DNA of 37,303 nucleotides from Octopus bimaculoides (Eukaryota). Of the stretch, positions 22,466-33,000 are shown in pieces. The stretch is taken from assembly GCF_001194135.2 (NCBI RefSeq), contig NC_068981.1, positions 194,918,753-194,956,055 of the forward strand. Direction: 5' to 3'. A program made the position numbers and the translations under genes. How positions within the stretch are numbered: the stretch's first letter is position 1; the number at the start of each line of letters is the position of its first letter. The notes beneath the pieces were generated by a model, which was given only the letters and a program-made list of their open reading frames with translations, did not search any database and had not been told where the DNA came from.

Positions 22466-22466
<1 letters not shown>
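22091..22466 (+). mobile_element. Family D SINE, full length, followed by (TATC)n
   Basis: AGTGGAGGCGAAATGGCCCAGTGGTTAGGGCAGCGG head; tail ...GGATCAACTGGAACCCTTGTCGTCGTAACTGACACAGTGCCA. Confidence 0.85.
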
Positions 22467-22501
<35 letters not shown>

Positions 22502-24281
22502 ATGCATGTATATATAAAGCACGATTTATTCGCGATCAGAGTCGTTCGAAAACCGAGGTAGTACTGTATGTATATATATATNNNNNNNNNNNNNNNNNNN
22601 NNNNNNNNNNNNNNNNNNNNNNNNNNNNNNNNNNNNNNNNNNNNNNNNNNNNNNNNNNNNNNNNNNNNNNNNNNNNNNNNNNNNNNNNNNNNNNNNNNNN
22701 NNNNNNNNNNNNNNNNNNNNNNNNNNNNNNNNNNNNNNNNNNNNNNNNNNNNNNNNNNNNNNNNNNNNNNNNNNCTTACGAAAACAAAATAGAAACTACA
22801 CGTGGAAATGTAAGGGGAATTTAAGAAGAAACATAAGCGAAAATGCACATTGGAGATGAAAAAAAGTAAAGGCTTTTTATGAAAAGTAACGATATATATA
22901 TACAATTAGATGGACTGAAGTAGGAATAAAAGTAATAAAAGTGAATATTGTGAATTGTTAAAGAGATTCAAAAGCATACTGGTTTCGTAATGTTACTAAT
23001 CATTTCTTTGAATGCACAACTATTACTGAACGGTGTCAGGTCTACTAGTCCCTGAGTAAAATGATTATGTGTGAGGGAGCTAAGTAGTTGGTAGATCTAG
23101 ATCTGTAATGTGAATGGTGTATGGGATGTATGGGGCTTAGTGGTATTAATTGAAAGGTTAGTAGTGTTCTGTATTATGTTATGTGTTCGAATTATGGGTC
23201 CTTGAATCTATAAGTGCAGAGAGGATGCTAATAATAGAAAGGAATATAAGACAATGGGAAACTGAATATGATCCAACAGTGCTGTCAAAGACACTCATCA
23301 GATGACGCGCCGGAACACGGCCGCAGCTGGGTTATATTTATTTATATAATTTATTGTATAATAATTCATGTAACAGCTGTTACCATTGCACTGAAACAAT
23401 TGTTGCTTTTTGTAATGAAAGCCTGTTCATTCCATCTTCCTGTTTAATATATATATATATATATATAAATAAATTCTGCATACACTAATGAAGTTCCACA
23501 TGAATATTCAGTAAAAGGAAAGGGAGTAATCCTGCTGTATGATAGCATATGGTAGCCAATAACCGTATAAGAGCTTTGAAATACATGTTATGAGGTTACT
23601 ACCTATGTGATATTAAGTATATATATTCAAGTTATTTACAAGTGACTCATTAGTCTCTAATGTGGTCACATCAGAGAAAGGTGGACACAAATCGAATATT
23701 CCTCGCGAGAGTGGAATTCTGACACAGCAAGTTTGAATGATTCTGGCGAAACATTGGAAAACTTACACCAAAAGTCTTTCAGGTAGAAATTAGACAATTA
23801 GAATAATTGTTTCTTGAGGAATTATTGAAATTTTTTTCGAACAGAATTATTTTGGCATCGGTTTAATAATGAGTTTTTTTCCTGATTAATATTTCGTGAC
23901 AAATTATCGTTTTGATTCCACCGCTTCCTCGGAAGTATGAGACGAAGTAATATGAAATTGGAGATAGAAGCCAACATTCTGGGACAAATAACTTCCGGCG
24001 AATGATAATCTGTGAATCTTTTATATAATCTGATTAAGATCTTTAATATCTGAAGAGAGATTTCAGGTTGGCATCTTGAATTCTATATAGTCAGCCATTT
24101 CATACGAACAGAGTCTACCAGTGGCGTGTACATACATACATACAAACATACATACATACATACATACAAACATACATACATACATACATAATACAAACAT
24201 ACATACATAAATACATACATACATCCGTCCATACGTACGTACGTATATGTATGTATGTACGTACGTACGTACTTATGTATG

Positions 24282-24315
<34 letters not shown>

Positions 24316-24571
24316 NNNNNNNNNNNNNNNNNNNNNNNNNNNNNNNNNNNNNNNNNNNNNNNNNNNNNNNNNNNNNNNNNNNNNNNNNNNNNNNNNNNNN
24401 NNNNNNNNNNNNNNNNNNNNNNNNNNNNNNNNNNNNNNNNNNNNNNNNNNNNNNNNNNNNNNNNNNNNNNNNNNNNNNNNNNNNNNNNNNNNNNNNNNNN
24501 NNNNNNNNNNNNNNNNNNNNNNNNNNNNNNNNNNNNNNNNNNNNNNNNNNNNNNNNNNNNNNNNNNNNNNN

Positions 24572-24629
<58 letters not shown>

Positions 24630-24635
<6 letters not shown>

Positions 24636-24830
24636 GTTTAGCCCCAACTCGCAACTTATCTCTTATAAAGAGCAGATCAATGATCAAAGTCATACAACCG
24701 TGACCATCCTGCCTTTATTCAAGCGATGTCCATGACTAAATTTCTCATGTTTTTTATTTTTAAAACAGTCGTTTATGAGCCGAGGAAGATTTAACTGCTG
24801 TTTCTAGCGCGTCGAATGAGCACGTAAAAA
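24630..24830 (+). repeat. Unclassified interspersed repeat fragment
   Basis: AAGATTTAACT.C..TTTCTAGC at ~24787 recurs at ~32576 (AAGATTTAACTACCATTTCTAGC). Confidence 0.4.
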
Positions 24831-24974
24831 CTCCCCATAAGCAACACTTTATACGAGAATAAAAATGTCCTCCACCGAAAAAGATTTATGCAAAATGCTT
24901 TACTCTGCGTTTAATGTGATCACACGACGAGACAAGAATAACAGACGAAGTCATATGAATGTCTTTTGTCTTCT

Positions 24975-25071
24975 ATCTTTTACTTATCAGTCACTAGCCT
25001 GCGGCCATACTGGAGCACCGCCTTGAAGAAGCATTTCGCCCGGCATGTTAATGTTTCTGCCAGCTCGCCGC
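24975..25071 (-). mobile_element. Short chimeric or internally deleted SINE: family B head joined to a family A-type tail
   Basis: Minus strand GCGGCGAGCTGGCAGAAACATTAACATGCCGGGCGAAATGCTT|CTTCAAGGCGGTGCTCCAGTATGGCCGCAG...AAGTAAAAG. Confidence 0.7.
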
Positions 25072-25199
25072 TTTCTGACGGAATAAGAATAAAGAAAGAA
25101 AAAACTTTAACCTCAGCCAAACGAACATCGATAAACAAAGGAACACAAATCAGAACAAGATGAGGAGAATCAGCAATGGTGAAAAGTTTAACTGAAATA

Positions 25200-25335
25200 A
25201 CGGAAACTGAAAGAAGCCCGTCCAATCTGTGTGCGTGCGCGTGTGTGTGTGCGTGCGTGTGTGTGTATGTATGTATCTATATTTATCCCCCTCCACCACT
25301 TTACAATCAGTGTTGGCTCCGCAAAAGAGATCGAT
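25200..25335 (+). mobile_element. Family A SINE, internal fragment
   Basis: ACGGAAACTGAAAGAAGCCCGTC followed by (TG)n and CGCAAAAGAGATCGAT. Confidence 0.7.
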
Positions 25336-25589
25336 TATCTACATATAAATAGTTATTGAAGACAATCTATGCCATTCTAATGGCATAGATCGATCAGTGA
25401 AAATTTTATGGCTGCAGACTATACTCAAAGATATAGGAGACAGTAAACACAAAGAAAGCACCCACCCTTCCGTCCAATCATAGGATAATGAATCACCACA
25501 TCATGTGAGAACAAACACATCACTGAAACCAGTGCTTCACTTGTGGGGTCCATATAAGATTCTGTCGTTAAAATTTGTTGTTAAAATTT

Positions 25590-25766
25590 GTTCATTATTT
25601 ACAGTATTTACATTATTTACATTTGACGGATATTTGTCCTCATCTTGTTTATTGCTAACACAACGTTTCGGCTGATATACCCTCCAGCCTTCATCAGGTG
25701 TCTTGGGGGAAATTTCGAACCTGAGTTCCTGGGTTCTCATTCCTAAGGTATTTTTCGATGTTGTTG

Positions 25767-25804
<38 letters not shown>

Positions 25805-25868
25805 CAGGTCACTGCCTGGAATCGAACTCGGAATTTTGGGGTTAGTAGTCCGCGCTCTTAACCACTAC
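25590..25868 (-). mobile_element. tRNA-headed SINE-like element with a Penelope-type, hammerhead-bearing 3' half
   Basis: Minus strand: GTAGTGGTTAAGAGCGCGGAC...GAGTTCGATTCC (Pol III A/B boxes, 25868-25805), (AAT)n(AAC)n linker, hammerhead motif, and a short tandem tail (ATGTAAATA-like). Confidence 0.75.
25657..25702 (-). ncRNA. Minimal type I hammerhead ribozyme motif
   Basis: GACAC-CUGAUGA-A-GGCUG GAGGGUAUAU CAGCC-GAAA-CGU-U-GUGUU: intact CUGANGA and GAAA boxes, 5-bp stem II, 5-bp stem I (one G-U), palindromic ACGU stem III, GUU cleavage triplet. Confidence 0.7.
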
Positions 25869-26064
25869 TTCTGCGTACAGCACACAAAATATGTCTACAA
25901 TCCTTTTGTTTAATTCCTAGTGATGTTTAGTTATAAAAATATAGGGGGATGTGTTAAACACTGAATGGGTAAGAGGGTCCAGGAGAATAAAATAGGAAAC
26001 AGAAAGGTCCGGAGGTAAAAAAGTGAATGAGGACCCCTCACTCGAACAAAGAGTTTCAAATGGT

Positions 26065-26256
26065 TTCAAAATTCGGCACAAGGACCGCAGCTTTAGGGGA
26101 GGGGATAAGCCGATTATGTTGACCCCAATGCTCAACTGGTACTTATTTTATCGACCCAAAAAGGATGAAAAACAAATTCGACCTCAGCGGGATTTGAACT
26201 CAAAACGTAAAAATTCAGAAGAAATGCCGCTAAGCATTTTGTCCGATGCGTCAACA
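26065..26256 (-). mobile_element. Family B SINE, diverged
   Basis: CAACTGGTACTTATTTTATCGACCC...TCGACCTCAGCGGGATTTGAACTC...GCCGCTAAGCATTTTGTCCG. Confidence 0.75.
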
Positions 26257-26884
26257 ACTCCGTCAACTCAACGTTTTTCTTCTTCAATAAGACGAGGAAA
26301 TTTTAAAAAGAAGCGACTTCTCTCATCTCCTCTCCTATCTAAGTTTGACTCCATTTATAAATCTACTGATCAAACTTACCAGTTGTTTTAAATACTTAGG
26401 ACTAGCTCTCAGCAATAATCTACTTTATATGGTTGAGTTAAAGCTATTTTATCAGAAACAACAATCCAACTGTTGATCATTCTGAAAACTACATGAATTC
26501 ATCTGTGATAACAACAAAATTAGTTCAGGATTAGACAAATGTGCAAAAAGCTGCTCTAAGAAATGACAAAATAATGTAAACAGAAATAGGAAGATAAATT
26601 AAGACACACAAATCAGGGAATTAGAAAATAACCAACAAGACAAGTGCCGAGGAAGGAAAATAGTAAACTGATAAGATACAATACAGGAATAATGAAAGAG
26701 AAAATTACAACAGAATTAGACTTAAATTATAAAATCAGCCTTAATGACAGTAATAATATAATAGGTAAATAACAGCACATCATTTAAGTTACAACTACAG
26801 CTTCAGTATAATAAATTACAAATGGAGCTTAGATAGGAACACTAGAAAACTACTCACTGTTTTCTAAACCTATCAGCGTTTTTA

Positions 26885-28282
26885 TACTGAGTTGCCAGAT
26901 AAATTCGTTCTTTTTTTCCCCCCCATTTATTTTAATTCTTGTTTTTCATCAACGATTTTAACAAATCAGTCAAAAATATATTCTTCGTTATTTGCAACTT
27001 TTTTTGCCGATGTTCCGTTAGCTTGTCAATGCCTCGATGAAAGAATCACCGGGTGTTGACTTGAAGAACGAAACGCCTCGCAGACTGTTGAAGAGCGACT
27101 GTAAAAAGTAAAAGTCTGCAAGCGCTACATCAGAAGAATACGGCATGGGGGGTGCAGTGGGGGCTTGAATAGCATTTGTTGTCAAATTAGTAAGATTGGG
27201 GTGAGCATTTTTGTGTTGAAGAAGCAAGCTGCATCGCTGGTCGGGTCGTTTTAGCTGGTTTGCTGCGTTCAGCCGATATATTTTCAGAACGCAAAGCTCT
27301 GTTTCGACTGTCCAGTTGTTATCACAGATGAATTCATGTAGTTTTCAGAATGATCAACAGTTGGATGTTGTTTCTGATTAAATAGCTTTAACTCAACCAT
27401 ATAAAGTAGATTATTGCAGGCGCAGGAGTGGCTGTGTGGTAAGTAGCTTGCTTACCTACCACATGGTTCCGAGTTGAGTCCCACTGCGTGGCACCTTGGG
27501 CAAGTGTCTTCTACTATAGCCTCGGACTGACCAAAGCCTTGTGAGTGGATTTGGTAGACGGAAACTGAAAGAAGCCCGTCGTATATATGTATATATATAT
27601 ATANNNNNNNNNNNNNNNNNNNNNNNNNNNNNNNNNNNNNNNNNNNNNNNNNNNNNNNNNNNNNNNNNNNNNNNNNNNNGTGTGTGTTTGTGTGTTTGTG
27701 TTTGTCCCCCACCATCGCTTGATAACCGATGCTGGTGTGTTTGCGTCCCCGTAACTTAGCGGTTCGGCAAAAAGAGACCGATAGAATAAGTACTAGGCTT
27801 ACAAAGAATAAGTCACGGGGTCGATTTTCTCGACTAAAAAGGCCGTGCTCCAGCATGGCCACAGTAAAATGACTGAAACAAGTAAAAGAGTAAAAACGTA
27901 TTGCTTAGAGCTAGTCCTAAGTTGTTTTCGTAATGGATTAGCCCTTCCGAATCCCATTGAGTGCTTGATATTGCGTAAAAATATAACATTTTATCATTGG
28001 TGACGATGCGGTCAAGAAATCTCTCTTTTTGTCCACGAGTAGCTTAGTGTCGAGCGAGTAAACTGGCGACAACTGAGGAGCGCTGGAGTATATTTATCAC
28101 CTTCAGAGTGTGTGGCTGAACGCATCGAGGGAAAGTGACAGGTGACCGGTATCATAAGGAAGTCCCATATGCTGGACCAAAATTCTTAGTAGATTCGCAT
28201 GGATCCTTGTGGATGAATTTGCTTTATGAGAATTCATGAGGTCGAATTTCCAGTTCTTGAAGCGTGAAAACCATTTCTGTGC
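26885..28282 (-). mobile_element. Decayed mariner element (right TIR to HTH region), interrupted by a templated insertion and a SINE
   Basis: Minus strand: AQKWFSRFKN (~28280), FLDRIVTND (~28010), WDSEGLIHYE (~27930), interruption, then WTVETELCVLKIYRLNAANQLKRPDQRCSLLLQHKNAHP...PPMPYSSDVALADFYFLQSLFNSLRGVSF, and TIR-like GAACGAATTTATCTGGCAACTCAGTATA at ~26885. Confidence 0.8.
27418..27898 (+). mobile_element. Family A SINE, full length, with 6-bp TSD
   Basis: TSD TATTGC at 27412-27417 and 27899-27904. Confidence 0.9.
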
Positions 28283-28306
28283 ATTAGAAAATTACTATTT
28301 GTAAAT

Positions 28307-28884
28307 CTCACAACGAGAGATATTCAGCAACAGTACTTTGGAGTAAAGATTGTTTGCCAACATAACATGGCAGTCCTGGTTTTGGACTAGCGTTGCTGTA
28401 ATTTAGCCCCAGGAGACATCAACAGTTGGCTATACGACATGATCTGTCGTATAGCCAAGGAATCTAGCACCCCCACTCAGCTTAAAGCAATATTTGTGTA
28501 TCACGATTTCTGGGTTATTTCTCTTCATCAGCACAGAATAATTGTTCGGCTAGAGGTGGCGCTGCAAAATTCCTGTTTGAAATATATAGTTTTCAAAATG
28601 ACAACTAGTCATTGATCTATAAATTAGAAAATTACTATTTGTAAATCTCACAACAAGAAATAACCCAGAAATTGCGATACACAGATATTGTTTTGAGCTG
28701 AGTGGGGGTGCTAGATTCCCTTGTTCGAAAATATAAGGACACAGATCGTGTCATATAACCAGCTGGAGACGATGTCTCCTGCAGCTAAATTACAGCAACA
28801 TTCGTCCTAAACCAAGACTGCCATGTTATGTTGGCAAACAATCTTTACTACAAAGTACTGTTGCTGAATATCTCTCGTTGTGAG
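28307..28884. repeat. ~220-bp inverted repeat pair (possible inverted Penelope pLTRs or MITE)
   Basis: 28307-28522 is approximately the reverse complement of 28656-28884; a 32-bp direct repeat ATTAGAAAATTACTATTTGTAAATCTCACAAC lies at 28283-28314 and 28623-28654. Confidence 0.8.
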
Positions 28885-29694
28885 TCCACAGCTAACCACC
28901 TACACTTTCTTCTGCAAAATAGGGGTAGCTTATCCTGTTCTGGCTATATTATTAGCATTACCCTGCGATTGAGAATTTAAAATCTCTTCTTTAACTTTCT
29001 AAGACATCTCAACGCTTCTAAAGACAAACTTCGTTTGTTTGTTTACGTTTATCGTAATTTGAATTTAAAAATAGTAATTTTCTACATCGGTTTGTCTCAC
29101 AGAGAACGTTTCCGGTTACTTTTGGGTATCCCCTCGTAAATTTCACACGTATATATTGATAGAAATATGAAGATGAGAACATATAAGGATAATAACTATG
29201 AAAGTTATAAACTCCTCATGAGTTATAAATTCTGAAATACTGGGGCACTCGGTCGGATTTACAAAGGTCTAATGTCGTTACCTAGACGCTGACCAGTAAG
29301 TGACCACTCAAAGGATACTCAGGAAATAGATTCTGGAAGCAGAACAAATATTTTGCAAGTTTTCTAAGACTTTAAAATGTAACCGCTTCTCTATTCTTGT
29401 AATCTAAATACGAGTAAAGGAGCTTTGGTTGTGAGAGAATCAGAGTCGTAATAAGATTTCAGATAATTAAGAAGGGAGATAATTCCACACACACACACAC
29501 GTACAGATATATAAATGGAGACGTTAATGCGTGGATTACACACACACACACACACACACACATACACACACACATGCACACCCGCGTACGTATACACACA
29601 CACAAAGGCATACATAAAGACAGGGAAAAAAGATAACCGAGGAAGTACTTAATACGTAGAAATTGTGTAATATTTCTGCTTACATTTCTCTGTA

Positions 29695-29725
<31 letters not shown>

Positions 29726-30743
29726 GCCATACGTGTATGGTTGCGTATGAATACGACTATGTCTANNNNNNNNNNNNNNNNNNNNNNNNNNNNNNNNNNN
29801 NNNNNNNNNNNNNNNNNNNNNNNNNNNNNNNNNNNNNNNNNNNNNNNNNNNNNNNNNNNNNNNNNNNNNNNNNNNNNNNNNNNNNNNNNNNNNNNNNNNN
29901 NNNNNNNNNNNNNNNNNNNNNNNNNNNNNNNNNNNNNNNNNNNNNNNNNNNNNNNNNNNNNNNNNNNNNNNNNNNNNNNNNNNNNNNNNNNNNNNNNNNN
30001 NNNNNNNNNNNNNNNNNNNNNNNNNNNNNNNNNNNNNNNNNNNNNNNNNNNNNNNNNNNNNNNNNNNNNNNNNNNNNNNNNNNNNNNNNNNNNNNNNNNN
30101 NNNNNNNNNNNNNNNNNNNNNNNNNNNNNNNNNNNNNNNNNNNNNNNNNNNNNNNNNNNNNNNNNNNNNNNNNNNNNNNNNNNNNNNNNNNNNNNNNNNN
30201 NNNNNNNNNNNNNNNNNNNNNNNNNNNNNNNNNNNNNNNNNNNNNNNNNNNNNNNNNNNNNNNNNNNNNNNNNNNNNNNNNNNNNNNNNNNNNNNNNNNN
30301 NNNNNNNNNNNNNNNNNNNNNNNNNNNNNNNNNNNNNNNNNNNNNNNNNNNNNNNNNNNNNNNNNNNNNNNNNNNNNNNNNNNNNNNNNNNNNNNNNNNN
30401 NNNNNNNNNNNNNNNNNNNNNNNNNNNNNNNNNNNNNNNNNNNNNNNNNNNNNNNNNNNNNNNNNNNNNNNNNNNNNNNNNNNNNNNNNNNNNNNNNNNN
30501 NNNNNNNNNNNNNNNNNNNNNNNNNNNNNNNNNNNNNNNNNNNNNNNNNNNNNNNNNNNNNNNNNNNNNNNNNNNNNNNNNNNNNNNNNNNNNNNNNNNN
30601 NNNNNNNNNNNNNNNNNNNNNNNNNNNNNNNNNNNNNNNNNNNNNNNNNNNNNNNNNNNNNNNNNNNNNNNNNNNNNNNNNNNNNNNNNNNNNNNNNNNN
30701 NNNNNNNNNNNNNNNNNNNNNNNNNNNNNNNNNNNNNNNNNNN

Positions 30744-30803
<60 letters not shown>
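30744..30803. repeat. (GA)n microsatellite
   Basis: Perfect GA run after a gap. Confidence 0.95.
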
Positions 30804-30809
<6 letters not shown>

Positions 30810-31027
30810 TGGACAGATATAGAAGTGTTATAGTGTCAGAGTGTGTAGTGCATTGTTCAAAGTGTGCCTACGATGTGGTAGATGAGGAGACAAAGTGATA
30901 TTCCCATGGGGCTAGTTATTTCTCCTGTTAACCATACCGAAAGGTGATGCCAGTCAGTTTTGGCCAGTTAGCACTTCATCTATTATGTATTACGTCTTGG
31001 CCTTTTCACATCGCTCGCTTAATACTC

Positions 31028-31071
<44 letters not shown>

Positions 31072-31196
31072 ACGTATTTTATGTAATTTATAAGTAGGTT
31101 GTGTGTGATGTGTGTGTCTGTTGGATGGTATGTTTTTTTTTTTTTTTATAGACAGGGACATGTTTCGTTACATGTGTCTATGTGATATTGCGTTTC

Positions 31197-31516
31197 GACG
31201 TGGCTGTCTGGTAAGAAGCTTGCTTTCCAACCACATGGTTCCGGGTTCAGTCCTACTACGTGGCACCTTAGGCAAGCGTCCTTTACTATAGCTTCGGACC
31301 GACCAAAGCCTTGTGAGTGGACCTGGTGGACGGAAACTGAAAGAAGTCCGTCCTGTCCCACCGTTACCGCTTGACAAACAGTTTTGGTGTGTTTACGTCC
31401 CCGTGATGTAGCGGTTCGGCAAAAGATACCGATAAAATAAGTACCAGGCTCAAAAAATAAGTACCGGGATTGACTCATTCGAATAAAAAAAAATTCAAGG
31501 CGGTAAAAGGTAAAAG
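31197..31516 (+). mobile_element. Family A SINE variant lacking the central (TA)n tract, followed by an inverted tail fragment (31525-31573)
   Basis: GTGGCTGTCTGGTAAGAAGC head; GACGGAAACTGAAAGAAGTCCGTC joined directly to CCTGTCCCACC; then TTTTACTTGTTTTAGTCATTTGATTGCGACCATGCTGGAGCAC. Confidence 0.8.
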
Positions 31517-31741
31517 ATATATATTCTTTTACTTGTTTTAGTCATTTGATTGCGACCATGCTGGAGCACTGCCCTTATATATACGGTGGTGCCTCTTCGG
31601 TACCCTTAATNNNNNNNNNNNNNNNNNNNNNNNNNNNNNNNNNNNNNNNNNNNNNNNNNNNNNNNNNNNNNNNNNNNNNNNNNNNNNNNNNNNNNNNNNN
31701 NNNNNNNNNGGTATGTGTGTGTGTGTGTGTGCGTGTGTGTG

Positions 31742-31970
31742 TGGAAAAGGATCCTATCAGCTTTAAACGGAGTCTAGACAGCTTTCTTCAAAGAATACCA
31801 GACAAGCCACCCATACCGGGATACAACTCACTCAATAAGAACTCACTACTTGAATGGACCATAAACAAAACTTGACTGTAAAAAGGATTTAGATAATCCT
31901 ATCAGGTGGTGCTATTAAGTTAGACATGGCCTGGACTAATCTTTGGTCGAAACATATCTAAGTTTCTCGA

Positions 31971-31975
<5 letters not shown>
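31742..31975 (+). mobile_element. 3' end of a CR1/L2-group LINE (ORF2 C-terminus plus 3' UTR)
   Basis: EKDPISFKRSLDSFLQRIPDKPPIPGYNSLNKNSLLEWTINKT* matches the F K..LD.FL..IPD.P...GY....NSL C-terminal motif; short 3' UTR ends in CTAAGTTT-like units and (TA)n. Confidence 0.75.
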
Positions 31976-32008
<33 letters not shown>

Positions 32009-32885
32009 TGTATGTCAATAGCGGGCAGAATGAACGAGTATTGAACAGCAGATGGTTGGATAAATATTTGTTTTTAATAGAATTTGTGATATTTTCCCAG
32101 TTCCAGAGGTTTCTTGCAAAACAACCGGACGATATGCTACAATATCTGACGAGATTCTCAAATATATGGCGGTGTGTCATTCGTAATTCAGACACTTGGA
32201 ATATACGCAGACGTGTCGACTCGGAAATGTTAGCTCCGTCATAGTCTCCAATCGATCTAAGCGTTACGAATGCAATTAGATCGACGGAAAATTTGTAGAA
32301 GCCTGTTGGATCTCTCTGATTTTAGACTAAAGCCCTCGCTCCGTTTTTAACCTCACGATTTGATTCCTGCGTGCTTTAGTGGGACCCACTCTGTCCCTAT
32401 CAACACGTTCCCTACTTCCTCTATGAAGTTGACTAGCCCTGCAAAAATCAAGATCATGTTTAAAAGTAGATTTAATCAAATGCATCCGAGCCGGCTCATT
32501 CTCCCCTAATCAAGGATACGCAAGACTCCTTTGTATAACATGTCCTTTAAAAAATAGAAGTGTTTCGCTTGAGCAAGATTTAACTACCATTTCTAGCAGA
32601 TAGGACAGCTACATGAAGGCACCTTTGTTAGCTTGTTACTCAGATATCTGTTTATATTTCATAACAAATTTCTACGTAAACTACAAGATTTTAGTTTTAC
32701 ACCTTCGAGGAAGATAGCCAGCTCTCTGATGGATGTGAAGATCTTATCATAAATAAAACAACCAAAGAAGCAGCTGTTTCGGTTGCAGTAGCTTCTCTGA
32801 TTTGAGATTTGAGATTTTACGAAGACACCAACACAACATAACAAACAGTTGGGAGACCAAAGTTTATTTACAATAGTTAGAAGTC

Positions 32886-33000
32886 TGTGGCTTAGCGGTT
32901 AACGCGTTGAGTTCAAGATTACAGGGTGATGGGTTCGGTTCCCGGATCAGGTAAAGCATTGTACCCTTGGGTATGGCACTTGACTTCATGTTGCTTTAGT
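32886..33000 (+). mobile_element. Family C-like SINE head, diverged
   Basis: GTGGCTTAGCGGTTAA A-box, GGGTTCGGTTCC B-box, CTTGGGTATGGCACTTGACTTCATGTTGCT block. Confidence 0.55.

Noticed and set aside
29095-29140. Fifth hammerhead-like piece (GGAAACGUU on the minus strand)
   Set aside because: CUGANGA box absent and no clear stem II.
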